In this document: in pieces, positions 11,233-22,808 of the stretch
Position numbering within the stretch: position 1 is the first letter of the stretch
Layout of the letters: each line of letters starts with the position of its first letter
Assembly: GCA_051530055.1 (NCBI GenBank)
Contig: CM121341.1
Span: 9,836,784 to 9,900,783, forward strand
Direction: 5' to 3'
Length of the DNA: 64,000 bases
Source: Neoechinorhynchus agilis
Taxonomy: Eukaryota > Animalia > Acanthocephala
The notes under the pieces: model-generated
Told to the model about the DNA's origin: nothing
Seen by the model: the letters and a program-made list of their open reading frames with translations, nothing else
Databases searched by the model: none
Position numbers and translations under genes: made by a program

Positions 11233-12228
11233 ATGCTTAATTTTGCCAGCGATAGCTCACAGATGATTTCGATCATAGTATCGATTACGATTACTCTTGG
11301 CACTACTCTATTATTAATCTATTCTTGGTTTCGATCAAAGTATGATTTAAAGGAGACGATTACCGGTAAAATCGTATTGGTCACAGGAGCATGTTCTGGC
11401 ATAGGTAAATCCGTATGCGTCCGTATTCGTGAGCTTGGTGGTCACCTCATAATGGTATCGAACAATAATGAAAGATTGAAACGAGCATATGAAGAAATCT
11501 CTTCTATTAAAGTTGACAAGGAGCGACTGGTAGAAAAGTACGTTATTGAATTGGGTGATTCCAAGAACGCCGAAGAAATCACTAAGCGCATACTAGAAAG
11601 ATTTGGACACGTGGATTACTTTTTCTCGAATGCTGGACTCGTTCAGACATCGCCTTTAAGGTCACTCGTTTCGAATGGGTCACTCGAAATGAGAGATGTG
11701 ATTAATACTTCAACTGATCTTATACAACATCTAATGAACGTCAATCTCCAATCGCCCATAATAATGACAAAGATGATTTTAAGGAGAATGAAGGATGAGC
11801 GTTTAAATACGAATCCGGCAATCATTTTCACGGGTTGTTTTGAACAATACATCCCTGTTTCATGTGCATCGGTTTATGGTTGCGCAAAGGCCGGTCTGTC
11901 AACGTTTTCTTCGTTCGTGGGTGCCGAGGCTGCGCGGTGGGGAATCCGGGTGATCTGTGTATTTCCGTCGTATGTAAAGACGAGTGCAGCGATGGATGCA
12001 ATGTATGGTGAAGTCGGTCGGCGGAGTAGAAAACGATTCCAGTTCGTCAATGGAGTCTTAGATTCGAGAACTGTCGCAGAAAGGATGATTGTGGCGCTGG
12101 CTAGAAATGAGTCCGGCGCCATTTATATTTACTCTGGCATCTTTGAATGGCTCTATCTTAATAGTTTGATTTATTTACCGTCCGGCCTGCGTGAATGGCT
12201 GTTCTCAAATAAAACTAGCGAACTATGA
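11233..12228 (+). CDS. Short-chain dehydrogenase/reductase, DHRS7-like, intronless
   Basis: N-terminal TM anchor, TGACSGIG, NAG, YGCAK (YxxxK), PSYVKT. Start may be the ATG at 11263, which follows cacag. Confidence 0.9.
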   Translation: MLNFASDSSQMISIIVSITITLGTTLLLIYSWFRSKYDLKETITGKIVLVTGACSGIGKSVCVRIRELGGHLIMVSNNNERLKRAYEEISSIKVDKERLVEKYVIELGDSKNAEEITKRILERFGHVDYFFSNAGLVQTSPLRSLVSNGSLEMRDVINTSTDLIQHLMNVNLQSPIIMTKMILRRMKDERLNTNPAIIFTGCFEQYIPVSCASVYGCAKAGLSTFSSFVGAEAARWGIRVICVFPSYVKTSAAMDAMYGEVGRRSRKRFQFVNGVLDSRTVAERMIVALARNESGAIYIYSGIFEWLYLNSLIYLPSGLREWLFSNKTSEL

Positions 12229-13578
12229 AACTTGCTATGCACAGAATTCTATTAGTGAACGCCCTTTTATACTTATCGAGGTTTACAGTAAGATTACCAA
12301 GACGACCATACTTGAATCGCTGACCAAAACATCTATAATCTTTGACCAAAATAATCTATCGCATGTTTGATTGTCCTTCGACACTCCCGAATTCCGAGCC
12401 GAAATCTTCAGACTTCAGAGGATATCACATAATTCTATAGATAACATTTAGATCTCAGTAGATAAGGAATTCACGTCAGTATCTCCGATGAGATAAGTCT
12501 TCTAAGCTATACAAATACAAGATTCAGCGAGAATGAAAGGAGAAACGAACTTTGCACAAAGGGATTTTGACGAGATTCGAAAAATTCGATCTTAAAGGTG
12601 AGTGCGAATTCGAGCTATATCGATTCTTAAAAAGCCAGTGGAATATGGTTAGCATGAAAACTTTAATGTGCAGAGTTGGCCTCAAATGACTAAGAAAAAC
12701 ACGCCATGCTTTCTCCTTTAACACAAGCGAATTTTTTCCTCGAAAAACCCTTCAAGGGAAAATTCGATTGTGTAGACAGAGATTATGCTTACAAGTTTGG
12801 CTGCGAAATCACGGTTTGGGTGAAAACCGTATTTAAGGAATTAAAGATGGGATTCAATAATGATTAAAGTCTAACAGTGTCGCGTTTCTAAAATGCTTCA
12901 ATTGACCCGTTTAATGATTGTCCTATAAAAACCGCTATCTGGGGACAAATGTCACTTTGACACATCTCCAAAGACTAAATTGCCCACTATTTAAATAAAT
13001 GGGGACAAACCTTTCACAGAAAAATAGTTGCAGCTGAGAAAAGCTTTTCTCCAATATAAAAAACGTTTAAATTTCGTAGTTGTTTAAAGGATTTTGGATA
13101 CTTTGCAGCCGGGTACAACCTGAACTATGATATGGATTTCTATAAGAATTATTTTTAAGGTTAGAAGTTTTCAACCTTTTTATGGTCACGACCCAAATTT
13201 GGTTTGCGATGACGACTCACGACATTAGTTTAAAAATCAAAATACACCTGGAAAAAATATTATTCCTATTCTTAGTACAATTAATTTTTCAATCAATATT
13301 GAATATACTTTTAAAATTCAGCACCCACGGTCATCTCCTGATTAGTGAGACGGCTGAGTTTGCTTTTTCCTTGCACGATATCCTTGATTAAATGTTAAAT
13401 CGTTGACACGGCACAGCGATTATCTGCTTCCAGGAATGGTGTTGTGGGAGATTATTTACAGTAGATTGGAACTTAACTTGTTAGACCAAAACTCCCAAAA
13501 TATTAAGTGGATCTTAGTTTGAGCTGCGATGAAAGATAAGCGAATCTTTGTGAATGACTTTTTCAGATATTTGGTGCA

Positions 13579-15113
13579 ATGAATTTTTTGTCAAATACTT
13601 ATCTGCTCATATATCTGCCGAGTTGGATTGCGGTCATTTCAACAGTAGCAATACTAATCTATTTGGCTAAGAAACAAACCACTGGAAATCTGAGAGAGTT
13701 TGAAAATCGTTTAGCTGTTGTGACGGGCGCCAGTTCAGGGATAGGACGTCAAATAGCCATCGATTTATGGAAAGTAGGCTGCAAACTGGCACTTGTAGCC
13801 AGACGAAAAGATCTTCTGAATTCTTTAAAAAGTGAACTTTTAATATATGACGCAGCTAGACCAACCAATGATATACGATGTTTTGTATCGAATTTAAGTC
13901 AAGTTTAAAATTGTAGACTAACCATCCAGTCTTGGGTCGTTAATCTCCAAAATCAGACCTGCCTTCGTTAGTCGATGCAATATTGGAAAAATTTCCAGAG
14001 GATTATGTCAAATTATTGGTAAATTGTGCCGGAGTTTCGATGAGAGCCGATTTTATGGCAATGAGTTTAGAAGACGATCAACGAATGATGAACTTGAACT
14101 TCCATGCTCCCGTTCAATTGTCCAAACTTTTAGTGGAAAAGTCCATGCGGTCCAGGGAAGATATTAGTTGATAAGCTTTAATCGTATATTTAATCTTCAA
14201 ATATTCTTAAATTTGTCTAATTTCTAGTTTTAGCCCATATCTCAGACAGTTTTTCATAGCTTTAATAGTGTTTTTATATGATTATTTTGTTGTTTTCTCA
14301 TGAAGGAATTTATTAAATTGTGATATTTCGGAGGCGCACATTCTCGAACGCCTTTCTAGGAGGTTGTTTAAGTGAATAAAGAAACTTAACCTTAATAAAT
14401 GCACGATATTATGCCTCTGAAATATCGCAATTTAATAAAATCCTTCATGAAAATTCCAATCTTTATTGGTCCATCATTTTATTACGAAAAGAAGAAAATT
14501 TCTCAAATCACGTTAATAGCATTCTGTATAAATGTCTCAATTGCACATCTTACTCGTCTTGTAACTATAATCAGTTGTTCGATTTGCTAATAATCGCATT
14601 TATTGAAATATATCGCTTTAATTTGCCCCTCCCCGGAAATTCAATGAAGCTTATCATCGTAAGAGTGATCGATGCATGATCGTGAATATCGCCAGCCTTG
14701 CAGCTCTCCTTCCAACACCCCAACGGAGCACTTACGCAGCTTCCAAGGCAGCTCTAGTAGCTTATAGTGAAGTAATGAGAATGGAGCTTATAAATGATGG
14801 AATCGAAGTGCTTGTAATTAATCCGGGATACGTGAGGACGGACATATCCAGAAATGCGATGGCTGGCAAGGGAGGAGTTTTCGGTGCACTTGATCATGAA
14901 ATCGCTACGGGAATAAGCGTCGAGCAGGCAAGCGAGAGAATAATGGATGCCATCAGAGATAGGAAACAACAGATCGAGATTTATACAAGCCCACTGATGC
15001 GATTAGGCATTCTTGGGAGCTTCGTTTGTCCCGGACTATACAGACTCGGAATGATCAAATGGTATGAGGCAAAGAAAAAACGAGGAAATGTTGATGACGC
15101 GTATTTATCTTAG
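13579..15113 (+). CDS. DHRS7B: Short-chain dehydrogenase/reductase, DHRS7B-like, 3 exons
   Basis: Exons about 13579-13897, 13957-~14160 and ~14664-15113: TM anchor, [37 protein letters not shown]. Boundaries of the second intron are approximate. Confidence 0.85.
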
Positions 15114-15284
15114 TTAATTTAAACAAAAATTTCTTAAATGTTAATCATCTTCAATGGGCAAATTGTAACGGAATCACCACTGAGGACTAATCAGCGTAAA
15201 AGAGCTCGTAAAATAACAAATCTGATCCATTTTAACAAACTAACGTGCAAAACAATGACCGGTGGGGAGGAAATCACATCTCTT

Positions 15285-15535
15285 AAACTCTATCATCCCA
15301 GAAGGATTTTCGCTCTTAATGATTTTAAATCATGGTTGGCATTCTTTAGAAACAAAATATTTGGATTTGACGTAGATTTAAAGCACAAAAATAATTTTGA
15401 TTATCTTTATGAGTTGTGTTGATCAATATCTCCCCTTCTCCGCCCGGATAAAACGTATTTTATTGAAATATTTAAAGTATTAAAAATAATGACGGATGAA
15501 GCTTCCTTTTGAATCGAAATATCCGATAAAATAAG
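15285..15535 (+). repeat. Interspersed repeat family of about 250 bp; other copies 28935-29425 (minus, tandem) and 8815-8900 (partial)
   Basis: Near-identical blocks (tatcatcc..ggattttcgctcttaatgattttaaatcatggttggcattc; ccggataaaacgtattttattgaaatattt) recur at these positions. Confidence 0.8.
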
Positions 15536-15717
15536 CTTTATCCATGGGGATTATCGACAATGTTTAAGCTCTACCATCCCTGGGGATTTTTCTGCTTCGG
15601 CGAACCACTCACAAACATTTTCGAATCTAAAGATGCGCATTCTTCCAGATTTAAAAGTTGACGTCACACATAAAATGACCATTGGATAAAAAAAAGTTAA
15701 ACCCGAACAACCTCGTT

Positions 15718-16332
15718 ATGCCGCCATCCTCAATTGAATCAATTAAAGCGTTGTTGGTGGCTAATGCGATTGACCAATTAAAATACACACAAATTAAGTA
15801 CGATGGCCAACAAGTAAAGGATTTAATATGTGAGCAGTTAACCGGATTAAAACGATTGATAAGCCGTATGACTTCGGTTGAACGGCCTAAGATAGAAGAC
15901 GGTTTGATTTGGGCTACTTTTCAACAAAAAAGTCATATAAAAATTTTAGTCCAAGAATTTATTCAAAAACGGGAAGAGGAAGTGGCTTCTTTGAGAAAGG
16001 AGCTAGAGGACGTTACAGCGTCCCAAAAAATTCGTCTGATTCCAGAGATAATCGTGAATTTCGAGCTTTGGCTTAAAAGGATGCATTCACCTCGCGTCCT
16101 GAGTCTCAATGTTATTTGTCGTCGCTTACTTGCCAAAATCTGGATCAGGAAGTTAAGGGATGTTTAATGGGAATTTTTTTCGAAAATTAAAAATAACTTT
16201 CGATTTAGGATTGCCAATCTAAAAATGCTGCATAATGCTTACAGCACGAATGTGGTTGCGGAAATTAAAGAATCGATGGAGATGATTAAAAAGGCGACTG
16301 AGAAGATTAAACAACAGTCCGAGAGTTTATAA
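15718..16332 (+). CDS. Hypothetical coiled-coil protein, 2 exons
   Basis: The ORF to 16151 joins in frame through a GT-AG intron (16152-16208) to IANLKMLHNAY...QQSESL* ending at 16332. Start uncertain; no family recognised. Confidence 0.55.
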
Positions 16333-16669
16333 AAAGACGCGGTTTTGTGGAAGAGATTGGAGTTTTATTTAATTTGTGAGCATAGAATTTTTATAGAATC
16401 CTTTTTAATCAAAAACTCCCGACCGCCAACTATATATCAAAAATGACTTTAATTGAAATATTTCGTCCAATCGCACTGGATTTCTTCAGCCAATTATTGC
16501 TTGTAAGTCTCTACCACATAATCTTATGTACGCCTTTCTCAAAGAAGGTTGCTTGTAAGTTTTAGAAAGATTGATTGACTTTTTAAAATCGATTTCTATC
16601 TTAAAACCTATCAAACCCGGACATACTCGATTTGAAATATTTCACGAAATAACTTCGCCTCATTTAATT

Positions 16670-16886
16670 ATGTTTGAAGGTTGAATTGTTCATATTGGTT
16701 GTTTTTTGGCGTAAAAATTAAAATGATTTTATTTTAAAATCCGATTAATTTCGGCACCGTGGCAAATATACAACCTTGATAAACGCGTACAAGATTGTAC
16801 CTTCGAATTGTCGCCAAAATCGAATAAAATCATTTTAATTTCTATGCCAGAAAACAACCAATATGAACAATTCAATCTTCAAACGT
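16670..16886. repeat. Inverted repeat (MITE-like), arms about 64 bp
   Basis: 16670-16733 is the reverse complement of 16823-16886; flanked by direct copies of actcgatttgaaatatttc. Confidence 0.75.
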
Positions 16887-17016
16887 ATATTTTAAACTTG
16901 AATTCCCCCGGGACGTACTCGATTTGAAATATTTCCCGAAGTATTTTTCTATTGATGGTTATTGAAAAAAAGTTGTTTATTTATATGTGTTCTTTGGTGA
17001 GATGAGAGAAGAATAC

Positions 17017-17214
17017 ATCCTCCTGTGGCGATTCACACCCCGAGAATCAGTTTTATTTTGTAATATTTCGTGGGCCAAACCTTTTCAAACATTGTCATCT
17101 GAAAAACCGAAACATAGATTGCATTAGCCTATTTCCGATTGCTCCGCATGGCTCGGGATCGCGGGGTTGCCATAATAAAACTGATTCTCGGGGTGTGAAT
17201 CGCCACAAGAGGAT
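17017..17214. repeat. Inverted repeat (MITE-like), arms about 41 bp, nested in a further inverted repeat
   Basis: atcctcctgtggcgattcacaccccgagaatcagttttatt (17017-17057) pairs with 17174-17214; outer gttctttggtgagatgagagaagaata pairs with about 17307-17333. Confidence 0.8.
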
Positions 17215-17421
17215 TACTTTTCACCCGAGTGTTATCATGAAGGATAGAAGAATATATATTGATTTATTGATCTCTCCGATATATTGGGAATTAATAAATC
17301 AATATCTATTCTTCTCTCATCTCACCAAAGAACGCATTGATGGATATATCGTAAACTTTATTCTTCCAGGTTTTCCCGGAGGGTTATTTAGTCCTTGGAG
17401 TTTTCAAATCGAAAATTTAAA

Positions 17422-17691
17422 ATGCATAAAAAGGAGATTTCGTTGCTCACTTTCCTATTAGATTCTCTGCTTCACAAATATATCCAAATTGATTTGATTG
17501 GTGAAGTAATTATCTATGGAAGCCTGAAGGGATTCCACGGGTCGCATACGCTGACGCTCGAAGATGCCGTTAGGTTTTCAGGGAATCCACCGAAGCCTGA
17601 GCACTTTTCGTTGATCCACATTAAAGCCACAAAAATAAGATATATCCACATAGACTCATATTGTCCAAATTTGTGTTACCTTCGCGGATAA
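17422..17691 (+). CDS. LSM10: U7 snRNP-specific Sm-like protein LSm10
   Basis: SLLTFLLDSLLHKYIQIDL..E..IYG.L...TKIRYIHI aligns with LSM10 [23 protein letters not shown].I...RNVRYVHI. Confidence 0.7.
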   Translation: MHKKEISLLTFLLDSLLHKYIQIDLIGEVIIYGSLKGFHGSHTLTLEDAVRFSGNPPKPEHFSLIHIKATKIRYIHIDSYCPNLCYLRG

Positions 17692-17893
17692 TTTGGGTAC
17701 ACCAAGGTCGTTCGATCCACACGAAACCATAGCGGAATCCATCAATGATGCCAAAAATGCTAAACCACCACTTTGAACGCTATTTGAACGTAAATAAACG
17801 TCGCGATTGAGTCACGCGTCTATTTAACTCATGTGCTGCACACCTTTGAGTGAACTCACATCACAAAGTAGCTTTTTAATTTCGAAAAAAGAT

Positions 17894-18256
17894 ATGAAAA
17901 AGATCTGGACTTATAAAAAAGAGACGTCATTCGAATCACGGAAATCAGAGAGCTCTCAGATTCGGAAAAGGTATCCAGACCGACTTCCGATTATCTTGGA
18001 ACCTTTATATCCGGATACGACTACTCTACCAACGATCGATAAGAAAAAGTTTCTTGCGCCGTTCAATCTTACTGCTTGTCAATTTTATTCTCTTGTTAGC
18101 AGGAGATTGAACCTTCCGCCGGATACTGCAATCTTTTTCTTCGTTGGAAAGGAAATTCCTTCCCCTTCAAGCACGATTCAAGAGCTATATAGCAAACATG
18201 TGGACCAAGATGGATTTCTATATATGGCGTATAGCGAAGAAAACGCCTACGGATAG
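17894..18256 (+). CDS. ATG8: Atg8/GABARAP/LC3 family ubiquitin-like protein
   Basis: RK.ES..IR.RYPDRLPII.E, IDKKKFL, DGFLYMAYSEENAYG*; ends exactly at the conjugation glycine. Confidence 0.95.
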   Translation: MKKIWTYKKETSFESRKSESSQIRKRYPDRLPIILEPLYPDTTTLPTIDKKKFLAPFNLTACQFYSLVSRRLNLPPDTAIFFFVGKEIPSPSSTIQELYSKHVDQDGFLYMAYSEENAYG

Positions 18257-18559
18257 CCTTTCACTTTAAAATTAGCTTCTTTAATTTTCAAAGAAAATTA
18301 ACAAAGAAGCCTTTACGCGAAAACCAATGCTGATGTGTATTATGGAAAACCCACATACGAACAAATCTTGTTTTACCCTTCTCATTTCTATAAAGTTTTA
18401 ATCGTTGCATGATTTTTGGTAAGGTGAGAATAATCAATAGGAATTTAAAATAAATAAAGGGCTTTAGAAAACATGCCTTTTGAAGATTTTTTTAAAGCTA
18501 ACCTGCCGCATTTTGTATCCTTAATTCCTTTTTTCTGGTAACTTACAGACTTTGGTTCC

Positions 18560-18960
18560 AGTTATAATTTTTATATCATAATCACACCCGGGATAAAACA
18601 TATTCTGTTGAGTTACCACAACTGCATTCGACCAGGCCTGTTCAGATTTCGGTCTAAACTCGTGGTCCAAGGTATTCTCCAAGGTTTTGTTCCTTCTCGA
18701 CAAATTCCTTCCCGCGCGGATGAATATTCAAATCGACGACAGGCTTGTTTATGTTGGCTGACTCTCTACTTAATTTCCTGCATCGCTTTTCCGATTTGCA
18801 GTCCGGTCACTGTGCCTCTTCTTTTTGAAAGACTTTCCAAGAGTAGTTCCTTTATCATGGTATAATCGAACTCCAGTCCTCATAATCGAGTGGATCATCT
18901 CATTAGTTTCATCGTATATGAAATCCACTCTTTCGAAGGTAACGGTATGAGCGATTTTGT
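18560..18960 (-). mobile_element. Possible second Penelope-like element relic
   Basis: Fragments GVRLYHDKGTTLGKSFKKK and IGKAMQEIK*RVSQHKQACRR resemble the PLE thumb and GIY-YIG; heavily decayed. Confidence 0.35.
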
Positions 18961-19049
18961 TTTATGTGGTCGATAGTTACAGCTTTTAATACCGCAGCCA
19001 ATTATCCTCTAGAGGCATAACACGTTAAATCATTCCTATCACCGCCCTT

Positions 19050-21310
19050 CTGGATCACTCAGCTGCCTTCCTAGTGTAATGGTCCAAAATGACAAATACA
19101 AAAGTTCCCTCGTTGCAGAGTTAGACTTATGTTTTGAAGGAGGAATGCTCCTGATCTCAGATCGCCTCGTCTCAGTCTCTTAAAGAATTGCTTGACCAGG
19201 TCTTACGCCGCAATACCAAACAACCAGAATGTCTCAACGCCAAAGGGAACAAAATAATGGTTTCGACTCAGGTCCCTGTATTTTGTCCTTTTGCGGTCCT
19301 CAGCGGCGGTTGCTGCTCCCCTTCTGGTTTAACGGGGCCAATTCTATGTTGCCGGTTGCGAGCGTGGCGTCCCAGAGAACGCATTTGCCTTCTCGCCACG
19401 GAAATACTATGATAGCGTCTGGTCTACGACGGCCATCAAGTCGGCAAAGATTGCTTGGCTCTCGGATGTTTTGCGCATTCACAGTATTCAGGGCATGACT
19501 AAGAATTGCGTTCATTTCGGCGTGTCGTGAGTACCTTCCGCCTGATCGCCGAGATCATGGCATCCCGATGGCGTCACAGTCGCTCCGCAACGGCAGCGAT
19601 GGGATGTACACATCGGTACTCCAACTCTCAAGGGCACTGCAATCCTTACTGTCTCGTCGAAGTAGACTGCCACCAATCAAGTTCGGTTCACCAGGTAACG
19701 AGAACCTGAAATTAAAGAGTTATGAATTCTCGCTACCAGAGGTGAGTCCCAAACTGATTATTTGCAACCATTGATGGGTACCTGCTCGCTGCCTTAATCT
19801 CCACACCAAAGATTAAGAGCCTCCACGAAATCTTCATCTAAAGTGTAATTCTCACCAAGAACGGATTGAACTATTTTGCGGCTTGCTTCGTCCGATCCAA
19901 AATTAGCTGGCAAAGAAATATTGGCTGCTTTTCGAATAACTAAACCACCGGACGACACAGGCAAGGACGCTTGACGCCAGGCCTCGTACGATAGCTGAGT
20001 ATTTAAAATTTTCTCGAGAGAGGCCTACACCGCCTCGTCTAATTTTGCCAGCTTATCCTTATGTCTAAATAAAGGTGCTGTGCGCAGCTTTTATAGCAGT
20101 TTTGGAATGAAGAGGGTGCTGTTGATCAGGAACAGAGCCTCGTGTGAAAATAATTCATTATCCCGTTCGCACAGCACCGAAAGTTGCGGTTGAAAATTGA
20201 TAATCTCTGCTTCGACATTAGAACCAAAAATCCAACTTCCTAGAAGATTGAACCGGTCCAAAGTGATCAATTCTATCCCGTGGGCCAGGTTCTGAAAATC
20301 TTTCACGATAGTTTGCATGGATGCCTCATCTTCCACGTTCATCACTAAAATCTCACATTTCGCAGTATTCAATTCAATGAAAAATTTTCGCCGTTTCCTC
20401 CACGAGTGTCTCCAAATCGCGCAGTACAACAGAGAATCGTCCAGGTATCAGCCGTTAAAGTTTGACTGGAGAGAGTGCGCAACGGATTGACTGCGAGTGA
20501 GAAGGCTATTGGGCCCAAAGGATCCCTTTGTTGAACTCATCTTTCTGACCATAAAACGTGGTTATTGAACAACGGCAAGAGAGTTGAAGTCCAATATTCA
20601 TTTGCGAAATTGGGAAATGCTTCTGATGCGTGATCTCTTACGTCGAGCAAATCTGATCGGTGAACTGCGTTGAATGAATTTTTGAAATCACATTTCAAGA
20701 TCACGCACGGCTTTGAGTTTCCGGTGATGAACGTACGGTCCCTACTTTTTCCGCGATTCTTAAAATTTTTACCGTTAAGCGGCGTAGTGTTCCATTTGCA
20801 ATGGGACGAATCCCATCTTCCTTTTTTTTCTAAGGGCACACAAAGATGAGCCGAAAAATAGCTCCGTTGCTTTCGGAACCAACTCTCCCCGTGCTAATAG
20901 GTCGACTAGTATTGCCAATGCATCTCTAAGGGACTGGGCAGCGTCATCTACTGAAAAGGAAGTCATATCCTTTAGGTGTTGGGCCACAGCTTGTCAAGCC
21001 CGTGAGCTGATTCCTATTACCATCTTCAATTCTGATTTCGATGATAAAACATAAGGGATCGTGCCGAAATAGGAGGATTTAGCGAAATACTGCCGACCGC
21101 CGTCACTGGGATGTTTGGAACGAAGAGTTCGTAAAGTTTCTTCGTTATCTTTGGCGAGACTGTCCATTGATGATAAAAGGCGAACTGCTCCTCTGAGATC
21201 TCTGTCTCCGAGCTTCGAAGAAACGCTTCCAGCAAGCGACCGATTTGAGTTTCGGCAGTGGACAGATTTCTGGACACACTCCTTACGTAGCTCGCATGCT
21301 ATTAAAAGGC
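19050..21310 (-). mobile_element. Degenerate CRE-clade non-LTR retrotransposon (RT plus restriction-like endonuclease)
   Basis: In order: QHLKDM, SLCALRKK, ILKCDFKNSFNAVHR, GVQQRDPLGP, YLDD, QASLPVSSGGL.IR, RRPDAIIVFPWREGKCVLWDAT, KYRDL..HYFVPFGVET, LQRGN; many stops and frameshifts. Confidence 0.9.
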
Positions 21311-21957
21311 ATTGAGTAAAGTTTTCGTCAAAAGAACTTATTTACTCTTTTATTTTTGTGGTCAAAGATCCTTGAGAAACATCACCCGCGGAAAACGCTA
21401 ATCTAGGAATGGGAAATATTCCCGGAGTTATGTGAGGATCCGGAGGGATTCGTAAGTGTGATTTTATGCGATTCCCAGAACCACATCGGTAGGCGATGTG
21501 CCCAAAGAAAAATAAATTATCAGCCGTGAAAAGGGCCACACATAGATACTAAAAAGTTACCGGTTGGTCATACTTCAAAAATATAATATATGCGTTTTAT
21601 CCTTGGGGAATTATTATCCCCACATCTATCGAACTCTTATCATCCCAGACTATTTTCTCTCTCGATGTTTAATTATCTTCCAATTCGTTCACAGGTTTTA
21701 TCGCACAAAAACCGCTTTTCCTCATTGATCAGAAAACCAAATCGAATAAGTGCATCTTTAAGCGAGCAAGAAATCTGGATGTTATTGTGAAGAAACTATT
21801 TGCGATCGTCACGAAACTGAGGGAAGACTTTAAAAAGTTGCAAAGACCATTTAGTCGTCCTGAATTAAACCAAGAGGACGGCAGCAGTGTCTTGGATTCG
21901 AAAAAAACTCATTTTAGTTACACCACTGAAATTGATTTATTTGATAATTTTGGGCTC

Positions 21958-21997
21958 TAGACTGAAGAAGGCCTCCGCGAAGACCGAAAATTATCAA
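21958..21997 (+). ncRNA. Candidate degenerate minimal hammerhead ribozyme
   Basis: CTGAAGA-A-GGcCT-ccgcga-AGaCC-GAA-AATT-A: complete core and palindromic stem III, one mismatch in stem II, but stem I is only 2-3 bp. Confidence 0.4.
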
Positions 21998-22808
21998 ATA
22001 AATCAATTATTAAAAATTGGCTATAAAAAAGAAAATAGTTTTTCTTCCAAGTCACTATTTTCGAAATGCGCTTTGATGACGTCATACGATTCACTGTAAT
22101 TCTTCCGGAGCAAAATGATCTTCATCCAGCTCGATCGTTCTTATGATCATTTGTGTTCGTCAGTTTTAGTTTTTTTTTATGAATCTAAGTGTAGGTTTGA
22201 GTTAGTGGTTGTTCGATTTGCTTTTAAAAAATTGATAAACAAATAAAACTCGGTATATCGTCGATTCACTTTTTGCCTACTCGATCGCAATCTATTTTGA
22301 GCATTTAATTTGTTAAGAAAAGACATTGTTGATTTTGACCAAAGTCTACTCGTCCATACTCAGATTATGGTATATTCTCATCTTTTCTGGATCTTACGAA
22401 AATTGTGGCTATAAAATTGTTATTTTTTCTTGAACCTCTAATTGTTTTTGTATCTAAAAATGAACAATTCTGCGTGCTAGTTGTTTTCGATTTCACAAAT
22501 TCTTTTTTTTACAATTTTTCTATGATGTTTGAAGCTGAGATCAATATTTATTTTGGAATTATTGTTTACAAGTCTACACCCGCGGTAAACTATTTTGTTT
22601 GTTAAAGGCGTTCTTTGAACCTCCTCGAGTTCATCATCAGTTTGTTAAGTTCACAGAACGTCTTTTTAATCGAAATAATCATTTACCGCGCGGGTGTAGG
22701 CTTCTGACCATAATAATTCTCTAATCACATTCCCCGGTACCTCCTCCTCCTCACATATTGACAATATTGATTTTGCTGCTAATTCATTCTTTTTTTTGTA
22801 GATAACCA

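Noticed and set aside
14210-14260. AATTTGTCTAA resembling the U7 snRNA Sm site near LSM10
   Set aside because: No following stem-loop and no histone-downstream-element complement; AT-rich intron context.
19050-19067. GGATCACTC similarity to the 5' end of 5.8S rRNA
   Set aside because: Only about 10 nt match; no further rRNA sequence.
22605-22645. CTGATGA-TGAAC/GTTCA hairpin on the minus strand
   Set aside because: The stem is followed by AAGAAC, not GAAA; the core is incomplete.
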